The position numbers and the translations under genes were made by a program. The notes under the pieces were generated by a model. The model searched no databases and had not been told where the DNA came from. It saw only the letters and a list, made by a program, of their open reading frames with translations. Of a stretch of 64,000 nucleotides of DNA, positions 34,751 to 47,109 are shown in pieces. The stretch comes from Octopus vulgaris. Lineage: Eukaryota. The stretch covers positions 50,468,001-50,532,000 of the forward strand of contig OX597821.1 in NCBI GenBank assembly GCA_951406725.2, in the 5' to 3' direction. How positions within the stretch are numbered: position 1 is the stretch's first letter; each line of letters opens with the position of its first letter.

Positions 34751-35056
34751 TCATAGAAATGATAATCTGAATCTGTCATTTTTGAAAATATTTCAGCGTC
34801 AGAAATAATATTTTAGTAGTCATTTCACATGATACTCTATCTGATATTTTAAGTGACTCTCAATTTCAAGTTCTCATTTCTCTTCCATGATTTGGATATT
34901 CTTTGGCAATAATTGTACAACAAAGATCTCATAGATTTAGTTTCATTAATTGCTGAAGTATAAAGTTACTTCTAGATGATGGATCTTTCAGTGGAAGATA
35001 TAATTTAGCCCTAGCTCAGTCTTGATTCTACCGATATGTCATCAAATATGATCTAT

Positions 35057-36046
35057 CATTGGTTCTCAACCAGAGTCCATATAAGATTTTGGTAAAACCT
35101 ATCTGCAACAAATCAGTTATTCTTCTACAATACACAGAGTGTTTTAATAATTATTTTCATACAATTCCTTATAATAATTACATAAAAATATAATAAGATT
35201 TTTTTGCCCTGGGTGTTATTGTCGACAGTGATTTGCGTTGGACAAAACACATCGCTAAAATTGTCAAGAAGGCTGAGGGTGTCTTGGCATCACTCACCAA
35301 ATCCTTTGTGAGCCGCTCTCCGGCTATCTATCTGCGGCTTTATATAGCTATGGTAAGACCTCACCTAGAATTTGCATCACCGGTCTGGAACCCCTATCTT
35401 GCCCAGGATATCAATCGTCTGGAAGCTGTTCAGCGACGTGCAACCAAAAGAATACCCTCCATCAGGCATTTGCCATATCCTGAACGCCTTACTTCCCTGG
35501 GAATGGACACATTGAAACTCCGACGTCTGGCAGCTGACTTGGCAGACACCCATAAAATTATCAACCATCGTACAAACAATAACTCTGAGCACCTTTTCAA
35601 ACTCCATCCATCTAACACCCGTGGACATATTTACAAAGTAAGAAAACAGCACAGCTCCCATGACTTCAGGAAACATTTTTTCACGCTAAGAGTTGCTGAA
35701 GCATGGAACAAACTGCCGGCATCAGTTGTTAGTTGTCGGAGCACTGCATCCTTCAAAACTTCCATGCTTCCTGAGATTCGCCAACACTACACTTGATTTT
35801 CTCCCCTCCATACACACACAAGCATGTATCTGACTCATACATTGTTCGCTTTCCAGACATTTCTACATTACTGCATGTACTTTATATGCACTTTCTGACA
35901 AGTTGTGGTGTACCTGAGCACTGTATACAATAATTTCATTATTATTATTATTATTATTATTTAAAACTTCAAAAGATTCAGAGGGTCAGACTTAGTAAAA
36001 TAGGAATTAAAAGTGTCCATAGGTAAAGAATGGTTGAGAAACACTG
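35057..36046. mobile_element. hAT-like MITE hosting a CR1-like LINE
   Basis: CATTGGTTCTCAACC / GGTTGAGAAACACTG termini; no clean TSD seen. Confidence 0.6.
35207..35960 (+). mobile_element. 5'-truncated CR1-like LINE 3' end (young; 187-aa open frame)
   Basis: ORF 35233-35796 (VRPHLEFASPVWNPY...FFTLRVAEAWNKLP); (ATT)n tail. Confidence 0.92.
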
Positions 36047-36189
36047 ATCTTGATTGTACACATCATGTCTTAAAAAAAAATATAATGTATTGAGAACTGC
36101 ACTATACAATATGTTCTGTTTGGGAGATTTGTTTATTGTCTCTATTATTTAATTTACCAAGTAGGAGTCTTTCTCATTGGTAAGGACAA

Positions 36190-37175
36190 CTGTGTGGAGA
36201 GTTGCACTCTAATGGTGGAGAGAACATCAGACCCAAGAAGACATGGGACAAGGTCGTGAAACATGATCGTTGACTGTTGGACAAGCGACATTTGGTGATG
36301 CGCCGTGCTTGAGAAGACCCGTCAAACCAAGTGAGATCGTAGTCATGGCCAATGCCGGTGTCAGGTCAATGGCACATAAAAAACATTCACTACACTTTTG
36401 GAGTGGTTGGCATTAGTTAGTTAGTTAGTTAATTTTTTGGCTCAAAAAGCAAAAAGCAAGGCCATGTAGGGGGTCATGGAGTTATGTACAGGGTGGTGTT
36501 CATGTAAAGAGTTCAGGCCACTTGAGGTCAAGGGAGACTTTGAACCGAGCGGTTGTCGGCATCTTCACCATCTCGTCTGGCAGCTTATTCCACGGATCCG
36601 CAACCCGGACGGAGAAAGCCCCTCTCCTTCGATTGAGATGAAATCGTCGCAGATAGAGCTTTTCGGAATGACCCCGCAGCCGACGCTCTGGAGCAGGAGT
36701 GAAGAATAGCTCTTTCGAGAGGTTACACTTTCTGCTTATGATGTTGTGAGCAAGAATGAGATCTCCACGGCGTCGTCGTTTTTCTAGAGAATAAAGGTCG
36801 AGCGTCTTCAGCCTTTCTTCATAAGACAAGTTCTTGAGACCAAGAACCATGCGGGTAGCCAGCTTCTGAACTCTTTCGAGATACTGTATGTCTTTGAGGA
36901 GATGAGGTGAAGAGGCTTGAATCCCGTACTCCAATATGGGTCTCACCTGCGTGACATAGAGCGGTAGGAATATGGCTGCTGTGAGCATTCCGAATGACCG
37001 TCGAATCAAGAACAGAATTCCGCGTGCTTTGTTGGCAGAAGGGCATCCAACTGTAGAAACCTTGCCAAATCAGTTTGGAACCTTGATCAGCTCCCTGGCT
37101 TACTAGTTTTCAGTCAACTCTTCCAGCCCATGCCAGCATGGACAACGGACATTAAATAATGATGATAATGATGAC
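36190..37175 (+). mobile_element. RTE LINE 3' end (ORF end RPKKTW...LEKTRQ + UTR) interrupted by another LINE
   Basis: The UTR gagtggttggcattag|gaagggcatcc is split by the insertion at 36413-37038. Confidence 0.8.
36413..37038 (-). mobile_element. 5'-truncated CR1/L2-like LINE ((TAAC)n tail family)
   Basis: ORF 36500-37009 (VRPILEY...SYEERLKTLDLYSLEKRRRRGDLI...WNKLP). Confidence 0.92.
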
Positions 37176-37714
37176 TGTTGGATTTCATTACAAAAGTTGA
37201 AATGTTCAAAAGCGAAGAATTTGGTGATTGATGATCTCTTTCACTGATTACAGTAACCAGCTCTGGAAGATATCTATATTTTGTACAGAAAAAAATATTT
37301 TTGTTGATTACATAACATTATATTTAATGTGCATTAGTTTTATACATCATTAGAATGCGAGTTTTTGTTTATATTTATTTGATTTCACTTTTCCATATAT
37401 TTAATACTATTTTCTTTGACATAGCCTTACTAAATTATAGTTAATGTTGTCTTTAAACAACTGCACTTGACAAATGAAGGGTACCTATGATTCACCGTTC
37501 TTTAAACTTCTATTTATCAACTGAATGTCTATCGCACTAGATATCTCAACTTGTGCTTCAGTTAATATCACCATATACATACCATTCTGTCTTTTCTCCA
37601 TGTACATATTTCCTATGTTTGCTTGTATTTTTGATTTATTTTTTTTCATTCAATGTCTGTGGTCCAAGTTCTCTCTGATGACCATTTTTGTAACAACATC
37701 AAAATGTCTGTTAT

Positions 37715-38093
37715 ATCCTATACTCTCTTTCTATATTTCAGAGTATCTGATGTTATTGAGATGACATATTGAAGACTAAAGAATAACATTACCAAGGCTA
37801 CAGGAGATTTTGTCTATGTAACTTCATTTTTATCGCTGTGAAATATTTCTAGTTAATTGCTAGAATTTTCCAATATTGACTGCATCTTAAATCCTTATAA
37901 CTTTAATTTCTGTGATGGTGTCAAGATTAAATTCAAGACAAAAGCAATTTCTTTACAGCTGAGACATTTTCAGAATTTCACACAAATCACATCTAAAGAA
38001 ATTATATACAATATTGATAATATTTACAGAAATATTTTTCTGAAGATTCAAGAAGAACTGCAGTTTTCTTTTTTATGAACAAAATTTTAAATT
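37715..38093 (+). promoter_or_regulatory. Splice acceptor (AG 37740-37741) and conserved 5' UTR of zinc-finger gene 2
   Basis: Colinear homology to 15270-15649. Confidence 0.7.
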
Positions 38094-40019
38094 ATGAAGA
38101 AGAAACCGAGTGATAATCAGGTTCCTAATGAAAGACAAAATGGTACGAATGATGTCTCTCGTGAAACAAAGAAGATATCTTATGAGTGTGACATATGTGG
38201 GAAGGCTTTTAAAATAAGAAAATATTTAATCCAACATAGATCTATTCACTCAGATTCACATGCGTATGATTGTGAAATCTGTGGTAAAATGTTCGCTTCA
38301 AATGAAACTTTATCTACACACAAATGTATTCATACAGGTGAGGAAGCATACCATTCTGATGCTTGTGATAAAACTTTTTCTGACAGTTGTTCATTATCGA
38401 CTGGAGAAAAGTCATACCATTGTGATATCTGTGGTAAATCATACACTAAAAAGAATAGTTTATTGTCGCACAGACGTAGTCACACAGGAGAGAAACCATA
38501 CAAATGTGACATTTGCGCTAAAAGTTTCTCTTCAAATTCTTCTTTATCTATACACAAACGTATTCACACAGGAGAGAAACCATATAAGTGTGATATCTGT
38601 GGCATCTCTTTCACGACTAGCACTTCTTTAAGTTTGCACAAACGTATTCACACAGGAGAGAAACCATATCAATGTGATATCTGTGATAAAACATTCTCTA
38701 TTAGTAGTTCATTATCATTGCATAAATTAAATCACACAGGCGAGAAACCATTCCATTGTGATATTTGTGGTAAAGCATTTCCTAAAAATAGCAGTTTGTT
38801 GAAACATAAACGTATTCATACAGGAGAGAAACCATATCACTGTGATATCTGTGGTAAATCATTCACTCAAAGGAGTAATCTTGTGACCCACAGGTATATT
38901 CATACTGGAGAAAATCAATACCAATGTGATACATGTGGTAAAAATTGTTGTTCTAAGCAAAGTCTATTAAGTCACAAACGTATCCATACAGGTGAGAGAC
39001 CATATCATTGTGATATTTGTGGTAAATCTTTCTCCAACCGATGTTATTTTCAGTCCCATAAACTTATTCATACAGGAGAAAAACCATATCAGTGTGATAC
39101 ATGTGGTAAAAAGTTCTCTACAAATCAATATTTATATAATCACAAACGTCTTCACACCGGGGTGAAACGATGCCACTGTAATATTTGTGGTAAAGCATTC
39201 TCTCGAAATAGTCAATTATTGACTCATAAACGTATTCACACAGGTGAGAAACCATACCACTGTGATATTTGTGGTAAAGAATTCACTTTAAATGCTCATC
39301 TAACTAAACACAGACGTATTCATACAGGTGAGAAACCATACCACTGTAATGTATGTGGTATGACATTCTCACTAAGTTCTAATTTATTAAATCATAAACG
39401 AATTCATACAGGGGATAAACCATACCACTGTGATTTCTGTGGTAAAAATTTCTCTTCAAGTGGTCAACTATCCAGACACAAGCATATTCACACAGGAGAA
39501 AAACCATACCGCTGTGATATCTGTGGTAAAAGTTTTTCCGAAAGGGGCTCCGTATCATCTCATAAAAGAGTACATACTGGAGAAAAGCCATATCATTGTG
39601 GTATTTGTGGCAAAACATTCACTGCTCGTAATTCATTATCTTTACACCAGAATGTTCACACTGGAGAGAAACCATATCATTGTGATATCTGTGGCATAAA
39701 ATTTTCTCAGAATGGCAATTTATTGAGACATAAACGTCTTCACACAGGAGAGAAACCATTCCACTGTGATTTCTGTGATAAAACATTCACTTATAGTACT
39801 GATTTAAAAACACATATACGCACTCATACAGGAGAGAAACCGTATCACTGTGATATTTGTGGGAAATCATTCTCTCAGAATAGTCACCGAGTGAGCCATA
39901 AACGTATTCATACAGGTGACAAACCTTACTACTGTGATATTTGTGGTAATGCATTCTCTCAGCAAGGTCATCTTTTAGCCCATAAATGTTTAAACAGGAA
40001 AGAAACTACACCTGTGTAA
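38094..40019 (+). CDS. Multi-finger C2H2 zinc-finger protein, 641 aa, ~20 canonical fingers plus degenerate ones
   Basis: Intact ORF with TGEKPY-linked fingers; N-terminus homologous to the 15650 ORF (MxKK..PNERQ.G..DVS..TKKIS.EC). Confidence 0.95.
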   Translation: MKKKPSDNQVPNERQNGTNDVSRETKKISYECDICGKAFKIRKYLIQHRSIHSDSHAYDCEICGKMFASNETLSTHKCIHTGEEAYHSDACDKTFSDSCSLSTGEKSYHCDICGKSYTKKNSLLSHRRSHTGEKPYKCDICAKSFSSNSSLSIHKRIHTGEKPYKCDICGISFTTSTSLSLHKRIHTGEKPYQCDICDKTFSISSSLSLHKLNHTGEKPFHCDICGKAFPKNSSLLKHKRIHTGEKPYHCDICGKSFTQRSNLVTHRYIHTGENQYQCDTCGKNCCSKQSLLSHKRIHTGERPYHCDICGKSFSNRCYFQSHKLIHTGEKPYQCDTCGKKFSTNQYLYNHKRLHTGVKRCHCNICGKAFSRNSQLLTHKRIHTGEKPYHCDICGKEFTLNAHLTKHRRIHTGEKPYHCNVCGMTFSLSSNLLNHKRIHTGDKPYHCDFCGKNFSSSGQLSRHKHIHTGEKPYRCDICGKSFSERGSVSSHKRVHTGEKPYHCGICGKTFTARNSLSLHQNVHTGEKPYHCDICGIKFSQNGNLLRHKRLHTGEKPFHCDFCDKTFTYSTDLKTHIRTHTGEKPYHCDICGKSFSQNSHRVSHKRIHTGDKPYYCDICGNAFSQQGHLLAHKCLNRKETTPV

Positions 40020-40082
40020 TATTTGTAATGAAGCTGCTTTGCCATATTACTCAATTACACTGGGGAGCATGATTTAAGGAGT

Positions 40083-40560
40083 CATCATCATTCATCATTG
40101 TTCGACCGTGGTCGAGACAATGGAATTTACTATGTTAAGCCAGACTTCACGGTCCATCATAGCATTACGGAGGTCCTGTTACTGGATGCCTGTATCCCTG
40201 GAGATTACATCAGGGTAGGAGAGTTTGCGCCCACTGGTATCGCGAGCAGATGGCTTTCAGAGGAGAAGAGTAGAAATTACCTCGTATTCAGCAAACTGGA
40301 CTCTTCTACCTTTCACAAGAGATGATACAGGATTGTAGTTTCCCATATATTTGTACTTTGGTTGGATGACGCTTCCACGAGAGATTTTGAGCTCCCATAA
40401 GGAGTCGTAGCTCAGTTGTTTTTCTTTAAAAGCTATTGTGTTATGTCTCAGTAAGATCACCCAGGCATTGTAAATCACATCCAGAATAAAGCTGCTCACC
40501 AACACATTCCAATCTCTTAACCTTGGATGTATTGTCACTCACCTTTGCAACCCAAAGTAT
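40083..40560 (-). mobile_element. Decayed RTE-like LINE 3' end in the ZNF2 3' region
   Basis: (GAT)n tail on the minus strand at 40083-40098; degenerate C-terminal ORF remnants. Confidence 0.5.
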
Positions 40561-41299
40561 TGTGGCCTTTGTTCAACATGTTTGGTTTCATGTTACTGCC
40601 ACTCAGGCCTTTTTCGACTTGCTTTTCATCACACACATTGTCTATCACTACCCTCAGGAACCGTACTAACCACTTATCTTAGTCCTCCTCTCTAAAATGA
40701 GAGCTTTTACTAATGCATAATGTCAGAAAGTTTCATGTCACTGTTGTATAATGTTGCAATTATTTCAAATACTTCTCATGTTTGATGTTGTCAAATGAAA
40801 ATAATAAAACATCTAGCTTTAAATGTTAGCACACTCTCTAAAGTTGTTTCTGTTGTTGTTTACTTGTTCCAGTAAAATCCTTGTGCTATCTTGCACAAAA
40901 TAGCTTTTAAATCCTGTTTTCTGATTGGGTAAAAATAATCAAACTTGAAAACTTTGTAATATTTTTCTAAAATTTTACTGGAACAAGTGATTAACAAAGT
41001 CAGATTCAGCATGAAAAATTATATCAATGCACCAAATTTAGATGGTTTTACTTAATTTTAAAATTTCAAAAATGGTGAAATAAAGGATCCAAATACTTTG
41101 AAATAATTAATGATTTCTTTCCTTTCTTTTTACTTGGAATGTAACAAAAAAAAAAACAAAAAAACCAACATCTTTGTTTTCTGCCTTAGTCACGGGCCTA
41201 AATGAAATGGAAACACATGGACTGTCAATAAAAGAAATCAATGTTGAAATAAAACAAATTTTTTTTCAAAAAGTTAGCATGTTTTGTACCTGCTGTATC

Positions 41300-42045
41300 A
41301 CTTAAACTCGCAGATACAAGTCCACAGTCAAGCTAATAGTGCCGCACTGCCATTTATCCTCTCACTTGAGACGGACCTAATTACTTTCCACTTGTTGAGG
41401 ATGGGTTCCATCTAATGAGTTTACAAATTCAACGCTGTGTTTCACTGTTCCATGGTGAAATTTGTACCCTGGTATCTCAGGAATATGCGAGTATGTGCAA
41501 CACAGGTCACTGTAAATAGTTGTTCTCAACAGGATTGATTGCTGAATGCAGTCTGCGAATGTATCATGATCTCGAGAGGACACAGCAATAAGAAAGAAAT
41601 AAAAAAAATTTGATTTTCGTGACATTGTCAAAAACCCGCTGTTCAGGTAGCATTTGAACCCCAGTTGTATTTTCTCCTCAAAAATACAGTATAGTCTATT
41701 TCATCAATTTTACTGGGACCACCATCAACCTTAATTGGATTGCAGAGAAAATCTGCGCAGATTTCCCATAAATAAATCTTATAGTCTATTGCAATTGTGA
41801 TACCAATTCCTGCAGGGGTGGACCCAAGGGGGCGCCTGAGGGGCACATGGGCCCTCAAGAAAAGTGCACTCTTGTAAATAATGTCATTTCACCCGTTCCT
41901 CCTGGAATTGTATTCCCATCTGACCTTGTGCCTTCCCTTTGAAAAATTCCTGGGACTTGCACCAGCCCTAATTCCTCCATTACAAAATCTAGCAGTCATC
42001 AATTCTTTCGTCCACAGCAGTATGAGTAAATAATGATATACTGGA
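41300..42045 (-). mobile_element. Merlin transposase remnant with a small hAT-like insertion (~41813-41965)
   Basis: GGPSKIDEID..FLRRKYNWG; RDHDTFADCIQQSILLRTTIYSD; GTVKHSVEFVNSLDGTHPQQVESN. Confidence 0.75.
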
Positions 42046-42112
42046 GTTTCCATGACAACAAACAGTTTCCACTTCCTTAGGAATGAGAATCCAGGTTTCA
42101 AATTTCCCCTAA

Positions 42113-42158
42113 GACACCTGATGACGGCTGGAGGGTATATCAGCCGAAACGTTGTGTT
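42113..42158 (+). ncRNA. Compact type I hammerhead ribozyme (Penelope pLTR type)
   Basis: GACAC-CTGATGA-C-GGCTG-[10 nt]-CAGCC-GAAAC-GTT-GTGTT; palindromic ACGT stem III; predicted cleavage after GUU at 42153. Confidence 0.75.
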
Positions 42159-42380
42159 AACAACAAACAAGATGAGGACAAATATCTGTCAAATGTAAAT
42201 AATGTACATAATTCCTCATCTCTTAAATATAGAACTGTATATGTCTGATAATAATATATCCTGAATTGAGAACTTACAAAAGGTAAATAATTTAATTAAT
42301 ATTAAAAAGAAATAGGGAATGGAGGCCATAAATCCATATATCGCACACACGCATATATATATATATATATGTATATATAT

Positions 42381-42755
42381 GTTAGTTAGTTAGTTAGTTA
42401 ATTTGGCTCAAAAGCAAATAGCAAGGCCATGTAGGGGGACATGGAGTTAAGTACAGGGTGGTGTTCATGTAAAGAGTTCAGGCCACTTGAGGTCAAGGGA
42501 GGCTTTGAACAAAGCGGTCGTCGGCATCTTCACCATCTTGTCTGGCAGCTTGTTCCACGGATCCGCAACCCGGACGGAGAAAGCTCCTCTCCTTCAATTG
42601 AGATGAAATCGTCGCAGGTAGAGCTTTTTGGAATGACCCCGCAGCCGACGCTCTGGAGCAGGAGTGAAGAACAGCTCTTTCGAGAGGTTACACTTTCAGC
42701 TTATGATGTTGTGGGCGAGAATGAGATCACCACGGCGGCGGCGTTTTTCAAGAGA
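42381..42755 (-). mobile_element. Short 3' end of the (TAAC)n-tail LINE family
   Basis: Highly similar to 211-600 and 36413-36790. Confidence 0.9.
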
Positions 42756-42934
42756 ATATATATATATATATGCACATACTCTAAGTTTTGGAAAGGGTTC
42801 AGGCTATAATACATACTTCACTACAGGGCTATCACTTTACTTTATCAATCTCGAGATTATGAAAGGTAAAAGTAATTTCGGTGCTCCAGCATGGCCAGAG
42901 TCATTGGACTGAAACATATAAAAAAATAAAATAT

Positions 42935-43097
42935 AGGCGCAGGAGTGGCTGTGTGGTAAGTAGCTTGCTAACCAACCACATGGTTCCGGGTTCAGTCCCA
43001 CTGCGTGGCATCTTGGGCAAGTGTCTTCTGCTATTGCCCCGGGCCGACCAATGCCTTGTGAGTGGATTTGGTAGACGGAAACTGAAAGAAGCCTGTC

Positions 43098-43145
<48 letters not shown>

Positions 43146-43345
43146 ATGTGTGTGTGTTTGTCCCCCTAGCATTGCTTGACAACCGATGCTGGTGTGTTTA
43201 CGTCCCCATCACTTAGCAGTTCGGCAAAAGAGACCGATAGAATAAGTACTAGGCTTACAAAGAATAAGTCCCGGGGTCGATTCGGTCGACTAAAGGCGGT
43301 GCTCCAGCATGGCCGCAGTCAAATGACTGAAACAAATAAAAGAGT
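42935..43345 (+). mobile_element. SINE family B, full length with internal (TA)n/(TG)n
   Basis: tRNA-like head (gtggctgtgtggt, ggttcagtccc), CORE-like cttgggcaagtgtctt, 3' tail aaaagag. Confidence 0.9.
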
Positions 43346-43453
43346 ATAAACTAAAAAGTTAAGCAGGGAAAAAACTCAGTTTGTATTATCTAAGAGTTAT
43401 TTCCCATAGACTATCAAATCGACCCGATTTAACTTTTGTACGTAAGAATTAAT

Positions 43454-44752
43454 ATAATAATAATAATAATAATAATTGTGTACAGTGCTCAGGTGCACTA
43501 CAACTCATCTAAAGTGTATATATAATCAGGTGTAGTTTCGGCGGATTTCGGAAAGCACGAGGGTCTTAAAGGATGCAGTGTCATGGCAGTCAACAACTGA
43601 CGCAGGCAGTTTATTCCATGCTTCAGCAACTCTGAGCGTGAAAAAATGTTTTCGAAAGTCATGGGAGCTGTGTTGTTTTCTGACTTTGTAGGCATGTCCA
43701 CGTGTGTTAGACACATGGAGATCAAAAAGGTGTTCAGTGTTGTCGTTGGTGAGGCGGTTGATAACTTTGTGGGTGTTTACCAAGTCCGTCGCCAGACGCC
43801 GGAGCTTCAGTGAATTCATGCCCAGGGAAACAAGGCGCTCAGAATATGGTAGGTGTCTGATGGAGGGTATGCGTTTGGTTGCACGTCTCTGGACAGATTC
43901 CAGGAGGTCAATGTTCTGAGCAAGATAGGGGTTCCAAACTGATGATGCGAATTCCAAGTGTGGTCGTACCATAGCTGTATACATTTTTAAATAGATGGCT
44001 GGAGAGCGGCTAACAAGAGTTTAGTTAATAATAATAATAATAATAATTGTGTACAGTGCTCAGGTGCACTACAACTCATCTAAAGTGTATATATAATCAG
44101 GTGTAGTTTCGGCGGATTTCGGAAAGCATGAGGGTCTTAAAGGATGCAGTGTCATGGCAGTCAACAACTGACGCAGGCAGTTTATTCCATGCTTCAGCAA
44201 CTCTGAGCGTGAAAAAATGTTTTCGAAAGTCATGGGAGCTGTGTTGTTTTCTGACTTTGTAGGCATGTCCACGTGTGTTAGACACATGGAGATCAAAAAG
44301 GTGTTCAGTGTTGTCGTTGGTGAGGCGGTTGATAACTTTGTGGGTGTTTACCAAGTCCGTCGCCAGACGCCGGAGCTTCAGTGAATCCATGCCCAGGGAA
44401 ACAAGGCGCTCAGAATATGGTAGGTGTCTGATGGAGGGTATGCGTTTGGTTGCACGTCTCTGGACAGATTCCAGGAGGTCAATGTTCTGAGCAAGATAGG
44501 GGTTCCAAACTGATGATGCGAATTCCAAGTGTGGTCGTACCATAGCTGTATACAGTTTTAAATAGATGGCTGGAGAGCGGCTAACAAAAGTCTTGCTGAG
44601 TGATGCAAAGACACCCTCGGCCTTCTTGACAATTTTAGAGATATGCTTTGTCCAACGCAAATCACTGTTGACAGTGATGCCTAGGTCACGCTCGCAAGAG
44701 GATTTCTTGATATCAGTGTTGTGGAGGGAGTATGTGGACGCAGGGTTTTTTC
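43454..44752 (-). mobile_element. Two tandem CR1-like LINE 3' ends (43454-44020 and 44027-44752)
   Basis: ORFs 43526-43984 and 44097-44660; each has an (ATT)n tail; about 3 visible differences over ~560 bp. Confidence 0.92.
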
Positions 44753-44929
44753 TATTGTTCGAATTCTACACATTTGTGACTAATTTTAGAATATTACCAC
44801 TGCTTATACAGATAGGGTATGAGCTGCTAATGAATAAAAACACAATTTAAACATTTGTACATACATACAATCATAAATAAATATATGCATAGAAATATTA
44901 ATAGTAATAATAAAGCATTCCACTAGAGG

Positions 44930-45310
44930 AATAAGGTCCGGAATTTTGTGGGAGGGGACTAGTCGATTACATCGACCCCAGTGCTTCACCGGTACTTAAT
45001 TTATCGACCCCGAAAGGATGACAGATAAAGTCGACTTCAGCACAATTTGAACTCAGGACGTAACGACGAGCGAAATACTTATTTCTTTACTACCCACAAG
45101 GGGCTAAACACAGAGGGGACAAACAAGGACAGACAAACGGATTAAGTCAATTACATCGACCCCAGTGCGTAACTGGTACTTATTTAATCGATCCCGAAAG
45201 GATGAAAGGCAAAGTCGACCCTGGCGGAATTTGAACTCAGAACGTAGCGGCAGACGAAATACCGCTAAGCATTTCACCCGGCGTGGCAACGATTCTGCAG
45301 TTAGCCGCTT
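44930..45310 (-). mobile_element. Two family A SINEs
   Basis: Reverse complements of the family A body (cccgaaaggatga, atttgaactcag). Confidence 0.85.
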
Positions 45311-45327
45311 TATTATTATTATTATTA

Positions 45328-45429
<102 letters not shown>

Positions 45430-45439
45430 TACTAGATAA

Positions 45440-47106
45440 CATTGAAAATCAATGGTTTTGGAGTGACATCAGGAGCAAAGACAAGGAGCACAAGAAGTTT
45501 GCTGAATGGTTGCAAGAACTGAAATAAACAGTAATCTGTCCAAAACTGGCAGAACTAGTCATTTCAGTTAGGCTGAGTATGTATTTAAAAGCCGCCAACA
45601 AAAAGTCATCACTTGTTATTCATGGATGACTTCAAACTTTATGGTAAAGTTGAATCCCAAGTCAGTTCCCTCGTTGATACGGTGTATACTTTCAGTGCTG
45701 ATATCAGAATAGAGTTCGGACTAAAAAGTGTGGTGTATTAGTCTTGAAGAGAGGCAGAGTCAAATGTATGGATGGGCTAGCGATATCATCGGGGAAGGTT
45801 ATGAAGCAGATAGAAGAGACGGGCTATAAGTACTTGGGAATATTGGAAATGGATAAATTGATGGAGAAAGAAATGACACAAAAATTTAAGGTGGAGTACT
45901 TGCGCAGACTGAGACTGAGCCTTAAGTCGAAATTAAACGGACGGAATAAGATTGATGCTATCAACACCTGGGCGGTTTCACTCCTTAGATGTGGAGAAGA
46001 GGTAATCGCATGGACAGTAGACGAACTAAACAGCTTAGACAGAAAGATAAGAAAGTTGTTGACTAGATATGGGACATTCCACCCAAAAAGTGACACAGAA
46101 AGTACCAAGAAAAAGAGGAGGAAGAGGACTGATTGGATGCGAACACATTAGAGCAGAAGAAAACAACATAGCAGAGTATGTAAAAAATGCCACAGAACCA
46201 TTATTATTAGAAGTAAGAAGGTCAGGCTTGTGTAGGATGGAAGATTGCTAACATAAAGCACTGTACAAGCACTTGAGAATGAATGAAACTGAAAATAGGT
46301 AGATGAAGAAAAGAATGTATGGTCAATTTCATAGGGATGTTGAAGATAAGACAGACAGAGAAAAGATGGCTATGGATGACTAAAAGTGATTTAAAACCAG
46401 AAACGGAGGCTCTAATCAGTGTTGCCCAAGAGCAAGCACTAAGAACAAATTATATCAAATACAGAATAGACAACACATAAGAAAGTGATAAGTGCAGAAT
46501 CTATGGACAAGATGGTGAAACCGTATGGCATATTACCAGTCAATGTACGCCACTAGTCCAGAAAGAATATAAAAAATGTCATGACAACATAACTAGGATT
46601 GTCCATTGGACATTTTGCAACAAGTATGGACTTGACAGAGCAAAAAAGTGGTACGAACATAAACCCGAAAGCATCATCGAAAATGATAATGCAAAGATCC
46701 TATAGGATTTTATGATTCAGTGCGACCATGAGATAGAGAATAGGAAACCAGACATAGTGTTAATTGAGAAAGAAAGCAAACGATGCTGGATCATGGATAT
46801 AGTACAGGATAGCTTGGGAAGTTAAGCAGTTGTGGTCGATGGAAAAGGTGATAGTAGTACCAATAATTGTCGGAGCCCTGGGAACAGTGAATACAAATCT
46901 TGAGAAGTACATGGAACAAATAGGGGCTGCAATATGGGTGGAGCACTTGCAGAAAACAGCACTGCTTAGAATCGCTCGCATACTCCGGATGGTGCTCGAA
47001 AAATAAGAGGTGTTACCTCAGTTCACTGGTAGTGAACAGCTGGCACCATAGTACATCTCCAGCGTTAGAAGCTGTGCAAAGACAATGAATAATAATAATA
47101 ATAATG
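45440..47106 (+). mobile_element. R4/Dong-clade (RLE-type) LINE, decayed
   Basis: LFMDD, YKYLGILE, LNGRNKIDAINTWAV, GGRGL, AQEQALRTN, CCHC/RHD-like, RKPDIV and PIIVGALG motifs; (AAT)n at both ends. Confidence 0.85.
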
Positions 47107-47109
47107 ATT

